Source: Syntrophorhabdaceae bacterium (GTDB lineage Bacteria > Desulfobacterota > Syntrophorhabdia > Syntrophorhabdales > Syntrophorhabdaceae). Taken from it: a stretch of 64,000 nucleotides of DNA. Where the stretch lies: positions 32,001 through 96,000 of the forward strand of contig CAXXUO010000010.1 in the NCBI GenBank assembly GCA_963666485.2. Direction: 5' to 3'. The position numbers and the translations under genes were made by a program. Below the pieces are notes generated by a model. The model saw nothing but the letters and a program-made list of their open reading frames with translations, was not told where the DNA came from and made no database searches. Shown here piece by piece: positions 9,938-19,349 of this stretch (the first letter of the stretch is position 1; each line of letters starts with the position of its first letter).

Positions 9938-11085
9938 AGATAATCTTCCTGGACCCCATTTTTGGAATAAGCGGCGACATGACGGTCAGTGCGCTTATCG
10001 ATGCCGGTGTCCGGTTCGACGACCTTCAGAAGATCCTGAGCAAGGTCCCCGATATCCCTCCCACGAAACCGGTCCCCATGACACAGGGCATCTTGAGGGG
10101 AATCCATCTCGAGATCGGACGGTCGGCGCGCCATTTCTCCGTGGCGGAAATGGAAGGGATCATCGGCGCCCTCGATGTCGAAGAGGGCGTGAAGAAGGAC
10201 GCGCTCGGGATGCTCGCCATCATAGTGAGCGCCGAGGCAAAGGTCCACGGGGTATCGCGCGATGAGGTGCATTTCCACGAGCTCTCCCATATCGATACGA
10301 TAATTGACCTTGTATCTGTTGCGTACGGGATGCGTTCCATCGGCGCGGATGCTGTTTATTGCGGCCCCGTCCCCTGCGGGAGTGGTACCATCAACACGTC
10401 GCACGGCGTTCTCCCGAACCCGCCTCCCGTCACGCTCGAGATCTTAAAGGGCCATGAGCTCATCTTCTATCCCGAAAACCTCGAATTGACGACGCCCACG
10501 GGCGCGGCAATCGTCGCGTACTACGCCCGCAAGCAGAGTGCCGTTCCGCCCTTCAGGGAGCTGGCCATGGGGTACGGCATCGGCACATATCAGTCGTCCC
10601 GCCCCGATGTCCTGAGGATATTCGTCGGCGAGTCTTCAGGCCCGGATCATGATGAAGAGGTTTTCGTGATCGAGGCCGATATCGACGACATGGAAATGGA
10701 ATACCTCGGCGCAGTGGTGGACCGTATAAGAAAAGCAGGAGCCATCGATGTCATTCATTTTCCCGTGTCGATGAAAAAAGGCAGGACAGGCATACGGATC
10801 AGCGTGACCGCCGATGCCGCGCGGTTCGATGACATCGTTGAAACGATATTTTCTGAAACGACAACATTCGGTCTGCGCTGGCACAAAAGCGCACGGCGCG
10901 TTTTACGCCGCGAAGAGATAACGATAAACACTTCACTCGGCCCCGTCCGCGTAAAGAAGGGGTTTGACCGGTCCAATAAAGTTATCAAGACGCATATCGA
11001 ATTTGATGATGTGAAGGCAATTGCGGACGAAAGGAATATTCCTTACCGGGAAACATTGGAAAAAATAAAGAAAGAAATAGCGTAA
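9934..11085 (+). CDS. larC: Nickel-pincer cofactor nickel insertase LarC
   Basis: GISGDM, AEAKVHG, VHFHE, ELTTPTGAA, MKKGR and ETTTFGLR. Confidence 0.93.
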   Translation: MKIIFLDPIFGISGDMTVSALIDAGVRFDDLQKILSKVPDIPPTKPVPMTQGILRGIHLEIGRSARHFSVAEMEGIIGALDVEEGVKKDALGMLAIIVSAEAKVHGVSRDEVHFHELSHIDTIIDLVSVAYGMRSIGADAVYCGPVPCGSGTINTSHGVLPNPPPVTLEILKGHELIFYPENLELTTPTGAAIVAYYARKQSAVPPFRELAMGYGIGTYQSSRPDVLRIFVGESSGPDHDEEVFVIEADIDDMEMEYLGAVVDRIRKAGAIDVIHFPVSMKKGRTGIRISVTADAARFDDIVETIFSETTTFGLRWHKSARRVLRREEITINTSLGPVRVKKGFDRSNKVIKTHIEFDDVKAIADERNIPYRETLEKIKKEIA

Positions 11086-11103
11086 GGCGATCACCCACCC
11101 TGT

Positions 11104-11371
11104 CGTCATTCCCGCGAAGAGACCGTGTCGCAATCATCCAAGTCCGTCATCCCTTCGCACTCGCCGTCATCCCTTCGCACTCGCCGTCATCCCTTCGCAC
11201 TCGCCGTCATCCCGGGCTTGACCCGGGACCCAAGGTTTTTCTTCTTGAACCCATTTCAAAACTTTGACACCAAAAATAATAATAAAAACCAAACCTTGGG
11301 TCCCGGCTCGGAGGCCGGGATGACGGCGAGGTAGATGTCGGGATGACGGCGAGGTAGATGTCGCGATGACG
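11104..11371. repeat. REP doublet flanked by tandem REP-end repeats
   Basis: 20-bp CGTCATCCCTTCGCACTCGC x3 (11145-11204), REP 11205-11235, inverted REP 11294-11325, 23-bp GCGAGGTAGATGTCG(G/C)GATGACG x2 (11326-11371). Confidence 0.85.
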
Positions 11372-11395
11372 ACGCTTTATGGGACGTCTTGCGTT

Positions 11396-11704
11396 TTACG
11401 GTTTTAAAAAGAACCGTACATCCTTAACCGCTTCCTTCTCCAGCACCTCGGTGATCTTGGCCTGCATGTCGGCCTTCATGTACCGTACCTGCGCGAGCCA
11501 GATGGGGTCATCCACCTCAACGTAGAGTATTCCACGGTCCACACGGACGGGCTGGCAGTGGGAGGCGAGCTTTTCCCCTGCTATCCGGTCCCAGAGCGCA
11601 AAGATCTTTACCGACTCGAGGTCCTTGATATTAAATCCCCTGAGGACCTTTTCGAGGGTCTGCTGGATCGGGGTGAACCCTCTTTGTCTACGCGGTTTCT
11701 TCAA
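11396..11704 (-). CDS. DUF721 / DciA-like protein
   Basis: W..IAGEKLASHCQP..GILYVEV...W pattern typical of DUF721. Confidence 0.8.
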   Translation of the reverse strand: MKKPRRQRGFTPIQQTLEKVLRGFNIKDLESVKIFALWDRIAGEKLASHCQPVRVDRGILYVEVDDPIWLAQVRYMKADMQAKITEVLEKEAVKDVRFFLKP

Positions 11705-13220
11705 TGCGGGGGAATACCGGCGGTATTTTATCGATGTCGGCTGTATCCGACGGGGTATAGAACCTCATTTCCTCGTCCCAGGCCGATGCCTCGATCGACG
11801 TGCCGATGCCGAGGGCCTTCCAGATGGCCTGCGACTTCGTGGGCATGAAGGGATTGAGGAGCATCGCCGCGATGCGGATGCCGTTCCAGAGATTGTACAT
11901 CACCGTCTTGACGCGTACGTCATTCTCCTTGGCGAGCTTCCACGGGGCCTCGGTATCGATGTATTTATTCAGGATGGCCATTATCTCGAAGACGTTATTG
12001 AGCGCCTTGTGGAATGCGAGGACGTCCATCTCTTTTTGATATTCTTCGATGAGCCGCATCGTCGTCTCTTTGACGGTATCGTCCATGCCGCCCGACTTTT
12101 CGGGCTCTGTGATCTTCCCTTTAAGGAACTTGCCGATCATCGTTACGGTCCGGCTCGTCAGGTTGCCAAAATCGTTCGCCAGGTCACCGTTTATACGGTG
12201 GACAATAGCCTGTTTTGAAAAGTCGCCGTCAAGGCCGAAGGGGACCTCCCGGAAAAGGAAGAACCGGAACTCGTCGACACCGTACGTGTCGACCACTTCG
12301 TGGGGATTGATGACATTGCCCATGCTTTTTGACATCTTCTGCCCTTCGCGCGTCCACCATCCGTGTGCGAACACGTGTTTTGGCGGCTCAAGGCCGTATG
12401 ACATGAGAAAGCTTGGCCAATAGACGGCATGGAACCGCAGGATGTCCTTTCCGATGAGGTGCACATCACATGGCCAGAAGGTGTTGAATTCCTCATCATT
12501 CTCGAGAAAACCTATGCCCGTGAGATAATTCGTCAGGGCGTCGAACCAGACATAGACGACATGCCTCTCGTCGGACGGCACCTTGATTCCCCAGTTGAAA
12601 CTGGTCCGGCTGACGGAAAGGTCGCGCAGCCCGCCTTTGACGAAGCTCGCGACCTCGTTGTAGCGGATCTCGGGCATGACAAAATCGCGGTGCTGCTCAA
12701 GGAGGTCAAGCAGGGGCTGCGTGTATTTTGACATACGGAAAAAATAGCTTTCTTCTTTGAGCTTTTCGGGTTTTCTGCCGCAGTCGGGACACAGGCCATC
12801 CTTGAGCTGAAGCTCGGTATAATATCCTTCGCACGGGACACAGTACCAATCCTCGTATTCACCGAGATAAATATCGCCCTTCTCGCGCACCTTCTGGAAT
12901 ATGTGCTGGACGACTTTCCTGTGGCGCTCCTCGGTTGTCCGTATGAATCCCGTGTGTGTAATATCAAGTTTTTGCCAGAGCTCGATGAACCGGTTCACCA
13001 TGAGGTCGGCGTGTTCTTTCGGGTGTATGCCGGCCGCCGCCGCCGCTTTTTCCACTTTTTGCCCGTGTTCGTCCGTGCCGGTCAGAAAGAAGACGCGATA
13101 ACCCATAAGCCTTTTATAACGGGCCATGATATCGCCGGCAATTGTCGTGTAAGCGTGGCCTATGTGAGGAACGTCGTTGATATAATAGATCGGCGTAGTG
13201 ATGTAGTATTTTTTATCCAT
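11688..13220 (-). CDS. metG: Methionine--tRNA ligase (no C-terminal tRNA-binding domain)
   Basis: YITTPIYY, HIGH, GTDEHG, YVWFDAL and KMSKS. Confidence 0.97.
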   Translation of the reverse strand: MDKKYYITTPIYYINDVPHIGHAYTTIAGDIMARYKRLMGYRVFFLTGTDEHGQKVEKAAAAAGIHPKEHADLMVNRFIELWQKLDITHTGFIRTTEERHRKVVQHIFQKVREKGDIYLGEYEDWYCVPCEGYYTELQLKDGLCPDCGRKPEKLKEESYFFRMSKYTQPLLDLLEQHRDFVMPEIRYNEVASFVKGGLRDLSVSRTSFNWGIKVPSDERHVVYVWFDALTNYLTGIGFLENDEEFNTFWPCDVHLIGKDILRFHAVYWPSFLMSYGLEPPKHVFAHGWWTREGQKMSKSMGNVINPHEVVDTYGVDEFRFFLFREVPFGLDGDFSKQAIVHRINGDLANDFGNLTSRTVTMIGKFLKGKITEPEKSGGMDDTVKETTMRLIEEYQKEMDVLAFHKALNNVFEIMAILNKYIDTEAPWKLAKENDVRVKTVMYNLWNGIRIAAMLLNPFMPTKSQAIWKALGIGTSIEASAWDEEMRFYTPSDTADIDKIPPVFPRIEETA

Positions 13221-13241
13221 GAGATCCGCGCACCTTTCGTA

Positions 13242-14240
13242 TTACCTGTTATTTCCTTTATTGCCGGTACTGTTATTGTTTTTCGATCTATCGCTTTCGC
13301 CCCGGTCGGCTGACTGTTTTTCCTGGCGTTGGGGCGGCCGGTGGTTTTCATTGCCCTGCCTTGGCCTGTCCCCCTGGTGCCTTTCCCTTCCCTGGGGTTT
13401 TTCGCCGTCAGCCTTTTTTGTTTTATCAACCTGGCTTTGCTGCGGGGGATTCTTTGACGGGTCAACCAGGGAGACCTCGTTGAAGGCGAGGGTTATCTCC
13501 TTTCCTTCATCGAGCTGAACGGAAACGGTCCCGGTCAGGGCGTTGTGCTTTACCACCTTCCCTTCGCCCTGCGGTGTCTTCACCCTTTTACCGACGCGGG
13601 GGAAGTTCTTCTTCAGGGCGAGGTATGTCTCGTATTCATACGCGAGGCAGCACATGAGCCGCCCGCAGATACCGGATATCTTGGCAGGGTTCAGTGCGAG
13701 CCCCTGTTCCTTGACCATCTTGATGGAAACGATCGAAAAATTATTGAGGAACCTCCTGCAGCAGACGGCATTCCCGCAATTGCCGAGGCCTCCCACGATC
13801 TTCGCCTCATCGCGGACACCGACCTGCCGAAGCTCGATCCTGATCTTGAATTCCTTGGCGAGTTCCTTGACCAGTTCGCGAAAATCGACCCGGTTCTCTG
13901 AAATGAAATAGAAAAGAAGCTTGGTGCCGCCGAAGAGGTATTCGGTTGACAAAAGCTTCATGGGCAGCGCCATCTCCAGGATCTTTTTCTTGCAAAAATC
14001 GAAGGCGTACTTCTCTTTCTCCTTCAATCCCTGGTGATCGCGTATCTCCTGGTCCGTGGCCTTTCGCGATATCTTCGCAAGGCCCTCACGTTCTGTTTCC
14101 GCCGGGTCCGTAACAACGGTGCCGAGGCATGTCCCCTTGTCGAGGTCGCTGATAATGACGTCCCCGGCCTTTATATCATCGATGGCCTCCAGCTCGACAA
14201 CCCCGGTCAGCCTGTCGATATTGACGTAACAACTTTTCAT
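13242..14240 (-). CDS. ricT: PSP1/RicT (YaaT) family protein
   Basis: RVDFRELVK, RIELRQVGVRDEA and SGICGRLMCCL; follows holB. Confidence 0.9.
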   Translation of the reverse strand: MKSCYVNIDRLTGVVELEAIDDIKAGDVIISDLDKGTCLGTVVTDPAETEREGLAKISRKATDQEIRDHQGLKEKEKYAFDFCKKKILEMALPMKLLSTEYLFGGTKLLFYFISENRVDFRELVKELAKEFKIRIELRQVGVRDEAKIVGGLGNCGNAVCCRRFLNNFSIVSIKMVKEQGLALNPAKISGICGRLMCCLAYEYETYLALKKNFPRVGKRVKTPQGEGKVVKHNALTGTVSVQLDEGKEITLAFNEVSLVDPSKNPPQQSQVDKTKKADGEKPQGRERHQGDRPRQGNENHRPPQRQEKQSADRGESDRSKNNNSTGNKGNNR

Positions 14241-15202
14241 TGCCTGTTCCCCGTAATCTGTATCAGAAGGTTCTCAAAAACGAGCCAACGGTTTACATTA
14301 TACCTCATTATACGAACGCTTTCCTGTATTCTTTTTATGGAGCGTTCCACCCAGTCCGGATCGTATCGTGTTGCATCGAGCTCGTCGATGAGATCGGTGT
14401 TGACTATACGCGACTCCTCGCCCGTTTCGTGCCTCACAAAAAGGTCCCGGAAAAAAGAGAGGAGGAAAGCGAGGTACATCGCCGCAGTCCTGTCGGTCCG
14501 TGACGCCATTTCGGCAACCCAGGAAGACGCGACGAACCCTTTTACCTGTCCCGACAGGATCCCGGCGAGTTTGAGCCTCAACGAGAAATTGTCATCATCG
14601 AGCCAGAAAAGCCCGCTGCCGATGCTCCCGAAAGATATTGCGGACAAAAGCGACGCCTTCTGCCCGTCGATGCTTTTCCTGCCGCTAAAGTATTCTTCAA
14701 GCTGGGCCGGCGACAGAAGCGAGAACGGCACGCGGGAGCACCGTGACCGTATGGTCATGGGTATGTCCCGCTCGGATGATGTTATGATAAAGAAATGATT
14801 GTAGGGTGGAGGTTCTTCGACCGTTTTCAGAAGGGCGTTCGCCGCTTCCGTGGTCATCGTCTCCGCGTTGTCGATTATGATGACCCTTTTTTCCGCCTCA
14901 AAGGGATGTTCGGATATCTCTTTTGATATAAGGCGCGAATCGTCTATACCGATCGATCCTTCGTTCTCGATGACGACAAGGTCGGGGTGGCTCCCTCTGT
15001 CGAGCTTGATACACGGCCGGCAGGTGCCGCACGCGTCGCGGGTCTCGCAGAAAAGATGCCGCACGAACTCGCGGGCCATTCTCTTCTTGCCGATACCTTC
15101 CTGCCCGCAGAATAAGAAAGCGTGGGGAATGTTCTTGTTTTCCAGGAAAAACTTCAGAAAACGCTTTTGCCTGTCATGTCCGATGATATCTTCAAATGCC
15201 AT
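14237..15202 (-). CDS. holB: DNA polymerase III delta' subunit
   Basis: HAFLFCG..GIGK, CGTCRPC, HPD, AANALLKTVEEPP and TIRSRC; tmk-holB synteny. Confidence 0.93.
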   Translation of the reverse strand: MAFEDIIGHDRQKRFLKFFLENKNIPHAFLFCGQEGIGKKRMAREFVRHLFCETRDACGTCRPCIKLDRGSHPDLVVIENEGSIGIDDSRLISKEISEHPFEAEKRVIIIDNAETMTTEAANALLKTVEEPPPYNHFFIITSSERDIPMTIRSRCSRVPFSLLSPAQLEEYFSGRKSIDGQKASLLSAISFGSIGSGLFWLDDDNFSLRLKLAGILSGQVKGFVASSWVAEMASRTDRTAAMYLAFLLSFFRDLFVRHETGEESRIVNTDLIDELDATRYDPDWVERSIKRIQESVRIMRYNVNRWLVFENLLIQITGNRQ

Positions 15203-15812
15203 AACTTTTCAGCGTATTGTTCACTTTTGCTCTGATGAGGTCGTGTATCGCTTCGACCTTCAGGCTCGCATCGACGACGAAGAACCTTTTGGGGTCGGCC
15301 TTCGCCCGCTTTTCATATTCACTCCTGACCCTTTGATGAAATGATATGTCCTCTGCTTCTATCCGGTCCATGTCCGAAGAGGCGGCCCTTCGTTTCAGGC
15401 CTTTTTCTACCGCGATGTCGAAAAGGACCGTGAGGTTGGGCCGGACACCCCGGGTGACCATGGTATTGAGCGTATCGATAACGCCTGTATCGATCTTTCT
15501 TCCTGATCCCTGGTAGGCGTACGTCGCATCGGTAAACCGGTCGCACAGGACGATGCGCCCATCTTTCAGCGCCGGCAGGATGACCTCGTCCACGTGCTGG
15601 GCCCGCATTGCCATGAATATCATGAGCTCGCACAGGGGATCGACGTGCATACCTTTTTTCAGGAGAAGTTCCCGCAGGGCTTCACCGAACGGTGTGCCTC
15701 CGGGCTCGCGCGTCCTGACAACAGAATAACCCTGCCGGGTCAGATAATCCGCCAGGAGTTCGATCTGGGTTGTCTTGCCGCACCCCTCGATGCCTTCGAA
15801 CGTGATCAGCAT
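15192..15812 (-). CDS. tmk: Thymidylate kinase
   Basis: FEGIEGCGKTTQ, TREPGGT and DRFTDATYAYQG. Confidence 0.97.
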   Translation of the reverse strand: MLITFEGIEGCGKTTQIELLADYLTRQGYSVVRTREPGGTPFGEALRELLLKKGMHVDPLCELMIFMAMRAQHVDEVILPALKDGRIVLCDRFTDATYAYQGSGRKIDTGVIDTLNTMVTRGVRPNLTVLFDIAVEKGLKRRAASSDMDRIEAEDISFHQRVRSEYEKRAKADPKRFFVVDASLKVEAIHDLIRAKVNNTLKSYGI

Positions 15813-15819
15813 GGGGTTT

Positions 15820-16383
15820 TTATTTCACGCGCTCGATGTATTGGCCGGTCCTCGTGTCCACCTTGATCGTATCGCCTTCTTCGACAAAAAGAGGGACCTG
15901 AACCGTGTATCCCGTTTCGAGGACGGCAGGTTTCGTTGCGTTCTGGGCAGTATCTCCCTTGATCCCCGGTTCCGCCTGGGTGATCTTGAGGCTGACGAAA
16001 TTCTGGATGTCGACGCCGATCGTTTTCCCTTTGAAAAAAAGAACTGTTATGACCATGCTTTCCTTGAGGTAATTCTTTGCATCCCCGAGACTCACTTCGT
16101 CTATGAAGATCTGGTCGTATGTGGCCTCATCCATGAAGTGGTACTGCGTTCCTTCCTTATACAGGAACTGCATCTGTTTCTCTTCGACATCGGGGACCTC
16201 CGCCTTGTCACCGGACCTGAACGTCTTGTCGAGGACGTTCCCCGTGATGAGGCTTTTCAGGCGGGTCCTGACAAACGCGCCGCCTTTGCCCGGTTTCACA
16301 TGCTGAAATTCCACGATCGTAAAAGGCTCGCCATCCTGGATGATCCTCAAGCCTTTCCTGAATTCCGTTGTATCGACGATCAT
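15820..16383 (-). CDS. efp: Elongation factor P
   Basis: HVKPGKGGAFVR, KGDTA and VPLFVEEG..IKVDTR. Confidence 0.98.
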   Translation of the reverse strand: MIVDTTEFRKGLRIIQDGEPFTIVEFQHVKPGKGGAFVRTRLKSLITGNVLDKTFRSGDKAEVPDVEEKQMQFLYKEGTQYHFMDEATYDQIFIDEVSLGDAKNYLKESMVITVLFFKGKTIGVDIQNFVSLKITQAEPGIKGDTAQNATKPAVLETGYTVQVPLFVEEGDTIKVDTRTGQYIERVK

Positions 16384-16409
16384 AATTTTCCTCCTAAATA
16401 AAACTGATC

Positions 16410-16516
16410 AGTAAGGAGTAAGGAGTGAGGAGTAAGGAGTAAAAAAATAAATCTAAAAATGTCTCCTATTCTACTCTTCTGTTTTTTCTTTAACTCCTTA
16501 CTCCTTACTCCTCACT
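16410..16516. repeat. Inverted heptamer-array element A (AGTAAGG)
   Basis: (AGTAAGG/AGTGAGG) x4.7 at 16410-16442; 50-nt AT-rich spacer; (ACTCCTT/ACTCCTC) x3.4 at 16493-16516. Confidence 0.9.
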
Positions 16517-16519
16517 ATT

Positions 16520-17599
16520 TCAAATCTTCATCATATCTTTTCTAATGCGAGTTAAGATCTGCGGTGCGCCTTCCGTTATTAGTATCATATCTTCCAGCCG
16601 TACGCCACCGATATTCGGCAGGTATATGCCGGGCTCGATCGTTATCACCATGTTCTCTTCGAGGATCCCTTTCGCCTGGGTGTTTACCGCCGGCGCTTCG
16701 TGTACGGCTATCCCGACGCCGTGGCCGACGCCGTGGCGGAAATAATCTCCGTATCCTTTTTCCTCGATGTATCCCCTGACAATGGCATCGAGCTGCCTTG
16801 TCGAGGTCCCTGCTGTCGCTTTTTCGATGCCGAGTTTCCGCGCGTCATCGACGACCGTATATATTTTGGCCAGCTCGTCGGGGATGTCCCCGATACAGAT
16901 GGTCACCGTCTCATCACTGCAATAGCCCGATACGTTTGCCCCGAAATCGATGATCACCGTCTCGCCCGCCTGAAGTTTCCTGCTGCCGGGCTCCGCATGG
17001 GGAAGGGCGGCGCGCGGGCCTGACGCGACGATGGTATCAAATGACGGCCCCCGGGCGCCGCGCCTGCGCATGATATGATCGAGTTCGCCGGCTATATCAC
17101 TTTCGACCGCACCGGGCTTCAACATTCCCATAATATCGTTAAAAGCCCCGGTAGCAATGGTTATGGCATCCATGATCGCCGCGACTTCCCCGGCGTCCTT
17201 ATTCTTGCGGATCTCCTCAATGGACGAATTCATCGGCACGACACTGATGCCCGTGAGGGTCTCCGTCCACGTGCTGTACGTATTGTAGAAAACATGTGTC
17301 CCGTCGAACCCGAGTTTGGAGACCTTGTATTTTGTGCACAGGTCATTGAGTACGTCATACCCCGGCCGCATCTCCTCGATATGAATGCCGCCGGCTACCT
17401 CGCGTGCATGCGTTATATAGCGGAAATCAACGATGAGCACCACATCGCCCCGCGTGACGAAAAGCATGCCCTCCGAGCCCCTGAAGCCCGTGAGGTAGAA
17501 GATGTTGTCCATCCCCTTGAGAACGCAGCCGTCGAGGCCCGTCTCCTTAAGCAGCTCCTGCAGCCGTTCTATGCGTGATCCGTCTCTTGTCATTTCCAT
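16520..17599 (-). CDS. Xaa-Pro aminopeptidase (M24)
   Basis: ALPHA, IDFG, GYCSD, HGVGHGVG..VHE, TIEPGIY and GGVRLED; usual efp neighbour. Confidence 0.93.
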   Translation of the reverse strand: MEMTRDGSRIERLQELLKETGLDGCVLKGMDNIFYLTGFRGSEGMLFVTRGDVVLIVDFRYITHAREVAGGIHIEEMRPGYDVLNDLCTKYKVSKLGFDGTHVFYNTYSTWTETLTGISVVPMNSSIEEIRKNKDAGEVAAIMDAITIATGAFNDIMGMLKPGAVESDIAGELDHIMRRRGARGPSFDTIVASGPRAALPHAEPGSRKLQAGETVIIDFGANVSGYCSDETVTICIGDIPDELAKIYTVVDDARKLGIEKATAGTSTRQLDAIVRGYIEEKGYGDYFRHGVGHGVGIAVHEAPAVNTQAKGILEENMVITIEPGIYLPNIGGVRLEDMILITEGAPQILTRIRKDMMKI

Positions 17600-17799
17600 A
17601 ATTTCTTGAAAGTGTTCAGAACGCCTTTCTTCCGGCTTGCCTTGAATTGTTTTTTCAGCTGGGAAAGGCGGCCGGCATACGTTTTATTACCGGGCTCGCG
17701 ACGCACAAGCTCGGCATAGATCTGGATCGACATCTCGATGTACCCCTGTTCGAGATATATCTCAGCCAGCGTGACGGACGCTATCACCGGGGTTTCCAT
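17590..17799 (-). CDS. Small TPR-like hypothetical protein
   Basis: SVTLAEIYLEQG...IY..L...EP pattern; start set at ATG 17799 because the longer ORF runs through a repeat. Confidence 0.7.
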   Translation of the reverse strand: METPVIASVTLAEIYLEQGYIEMSIQIYAELVRREPGNKTYAGRLSQLKKQFKASRKKGVLNTFKKLWK

Positions 17800-17845
17800 A
17801 AGGCATAAATATATGATTATATTGGAAAAAAAGCAAGGGAAAAGA

Positions 17846-17964
17846 ACGGCGTACGGCTGACGGCGTACGGCGTACGGCGTACGGCTAACGGTAAAAAGAA
17901 AAAAATTCACTCGGCGTCTTTTTATGCTTTTTTCCGTACGCCGTCAGCCGTACGCCGTCAGCCG
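17846..17964. repeat. Inverted heptamer-array element B (ACGGCGT)
   Basis: (ACGGCGT/ACGGCTG/ACGGCTA) x6.5 at 17846-17891; 42-nt spacer; inverted (ACGCCGT/CAGCCGT) at 17934-17964. Confidence 0.9.
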
Positions 17965-18666
17965 ATACCATATTCCCTTCTCCGCCGCCGCGATCACCCC
18001 GTCCGTTATCCCCGTCTGCTCCATTATTTGTTTCATGAGAACGGCGGCCATGTGGCGGTGGGGGTATGCGTCGTATTTGTTGAGGACGATGGTCCTGGTC
18101 ATTCCTTCGGTCCCTTTGAGCAGGGCGTCACCGGAGAACATGCGGAGAAATATATCGGGGTATACCAGGCGGGGATCGAGGCCTGTCTGCTCGCGAAAAA
18201 GGTGGCTGCGAAAGACGGCATCATCGAAAGGTTTGAAGAGGGCATCCATGCCAGCGACAATAAACACCCTGTCAGTGTAAGGCATAATAACGGGCTCGTG
18301 GGTCGCCGGGAACTTTAGGGGGCATCCTTTCGCGCCATCCGCCTCGACGAGCACGACGTCGTAGACGGCGCCGAGCGATCGTACCTCGTCGGGGGTGAGG
18401 CCGGTGAGCTTACCGTCCTCAACCGTCTTTCCTATACGGGCGAAGGATGCATCCGGCCCTTTCTTTTTCCAGTCGGCAAATGTGATAAATGGTTCAACTG
18501 CGACGATCTTGGCCGTTGTCGCGATTGCGACTGTTTTCATGCGCGCGAGACAGGATTGTGCCAGGCGCTCCGTGAGGGTCGTCTTTCCGCCGCCGCCGGT
18601 GAAGGCAGCAAATTTAACACCCTCGATCAGGTGATAGGGGTCATTCGTCCTTTGAATATACAACAT
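17944..18666 (-). CDS. yqeC: YqeC-family selenium-dependent hydroxylase accessory protein
   Basis: GGGGKTT, TTAKI and LVEADGAKG.PLK.P..HEPVI. Confidence 0.85.
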   Translation of the reverse strand: MLYIQRTNDPYHLIEGVKFAAFTGGGGKTTLTERLAQSCLARMKTVAIATTAKIVAVEPFITFADWKKKGPDASFARIGKTVEDGKLTGLTPDEVRSLGAVYDVVLVEADGAKGCPLKFPATHEPVIMPYTDRVFIVAGMDALFKPFDDAVFRSHLFREQTGLDPRLVYPDIFLRMFSGDALLKGTEGMTRTIVLNKYDAYPHRHMAAVLMKQIMEQTGITDGVIAAAEKGIWYRLTAYG

Positions 18667-18895
18667 AAGGAAGGCTTCTGATCCGTTTTATTATATCCAG
18701 GACGCGGTCTTTGTCATTTTCCTGTACAAAAAGGGACGCGTACCCTTTTTGCAGAATGAACAGGCCGTCGTAAGCCGTATCGCGATGTTCCTTGATTGTG
18801 TATGGTATTCCCTCGGTATCGAGAGCATCCTTGATCATGTCCATCTCAAAGATGCTCTCTATGGTGTGCACATTGAGCTGTCTATTTCGTTCCAT
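18641..18895 (-). CDS. Hypothetical protein (DUF2007-like)
   Basis: E.DMIKDAL..EGIP...DTAYDGLF..QKG pattern; overlaps neighbours in the operon. Confidence 0.65.
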   Translation of the reverse strand: MERNRQLNVHTIESIFEMDMIKDALDTEGIPYTIKEHRDTAYDGLFILQKGYASLFVQENDKDRVLDIIKRIRSLPYVVYSKDE

Positions 18896-19349
18896 CCGTG
18901 GGGCCTGGTTTTGGCATAGACCCCTTGTCCGCGGGCCCGACCCAGATTTCAAGCTCGGTCTGGAATGCCCCGCGGGAGATCTTGATATTGCATGTCTTGT
19001 CGTCCTTCATATAATTGAGCACGATATCTTTGTACCTGAAGCTGTTTATATATCTCCAGCCGTTCTTCGACATGTTTATTTTAAAGTAATTCTCGAGCGA
19101 CGCAGGGTCAACGTTCCCGCTGAAGACGACGACGCCGGCTTTAAAACTGGGGGTTTCGTACACGAAGCTGCGCTCGTTGACTATCTCAACTTCTTTCGGG
19201 ACCGGGACATCAGGGAAGCCATAAAACTGCTGATTGAACCCCTGCGCCTTTGACGGCGCCTGGGTGTCGGAGGTTCCCTGTTTCTGAAAAGCCGCACACC
19301 CGACGCATATCAAAGACAATGCAAAGCAGATCACTATCAGTTTCTTCAT
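18882..19349 (-). CDS. Putative lipoprotein
   Basis: Signal peptide with CVGC lipobox; FPDVPVP and YFK.NM..NGW. Confidence 0.75.
   Translation of the reverse strand: MKKLIVICFALSLICVGCAAFQKQGTSDTQAPSKAQGFNQQFYGFPDVPVPKEVEIVNERSFVYETPSFKAGVVVFSGNVDPASLENYFKINMSKNGWRYINSFRYKDIVLNYMKDDKTCNIKISRGAFQTELEIWVGPADKGSMPKPGPTDGTK

Noticed and set aside
11125..11334. 69-aa ORF
   Set aside because: It lies entirely within the REP array.
11145..11371. CRISPR-like short repeats
   Set aside because: The units are directly tandem with no unique spacers and derive from REP ends.
17800..17910. N-terminal extension of the 17590 ORF
   Set aside because: It runs through heptamer element B; ATG 17799 gives a more plausible protein.
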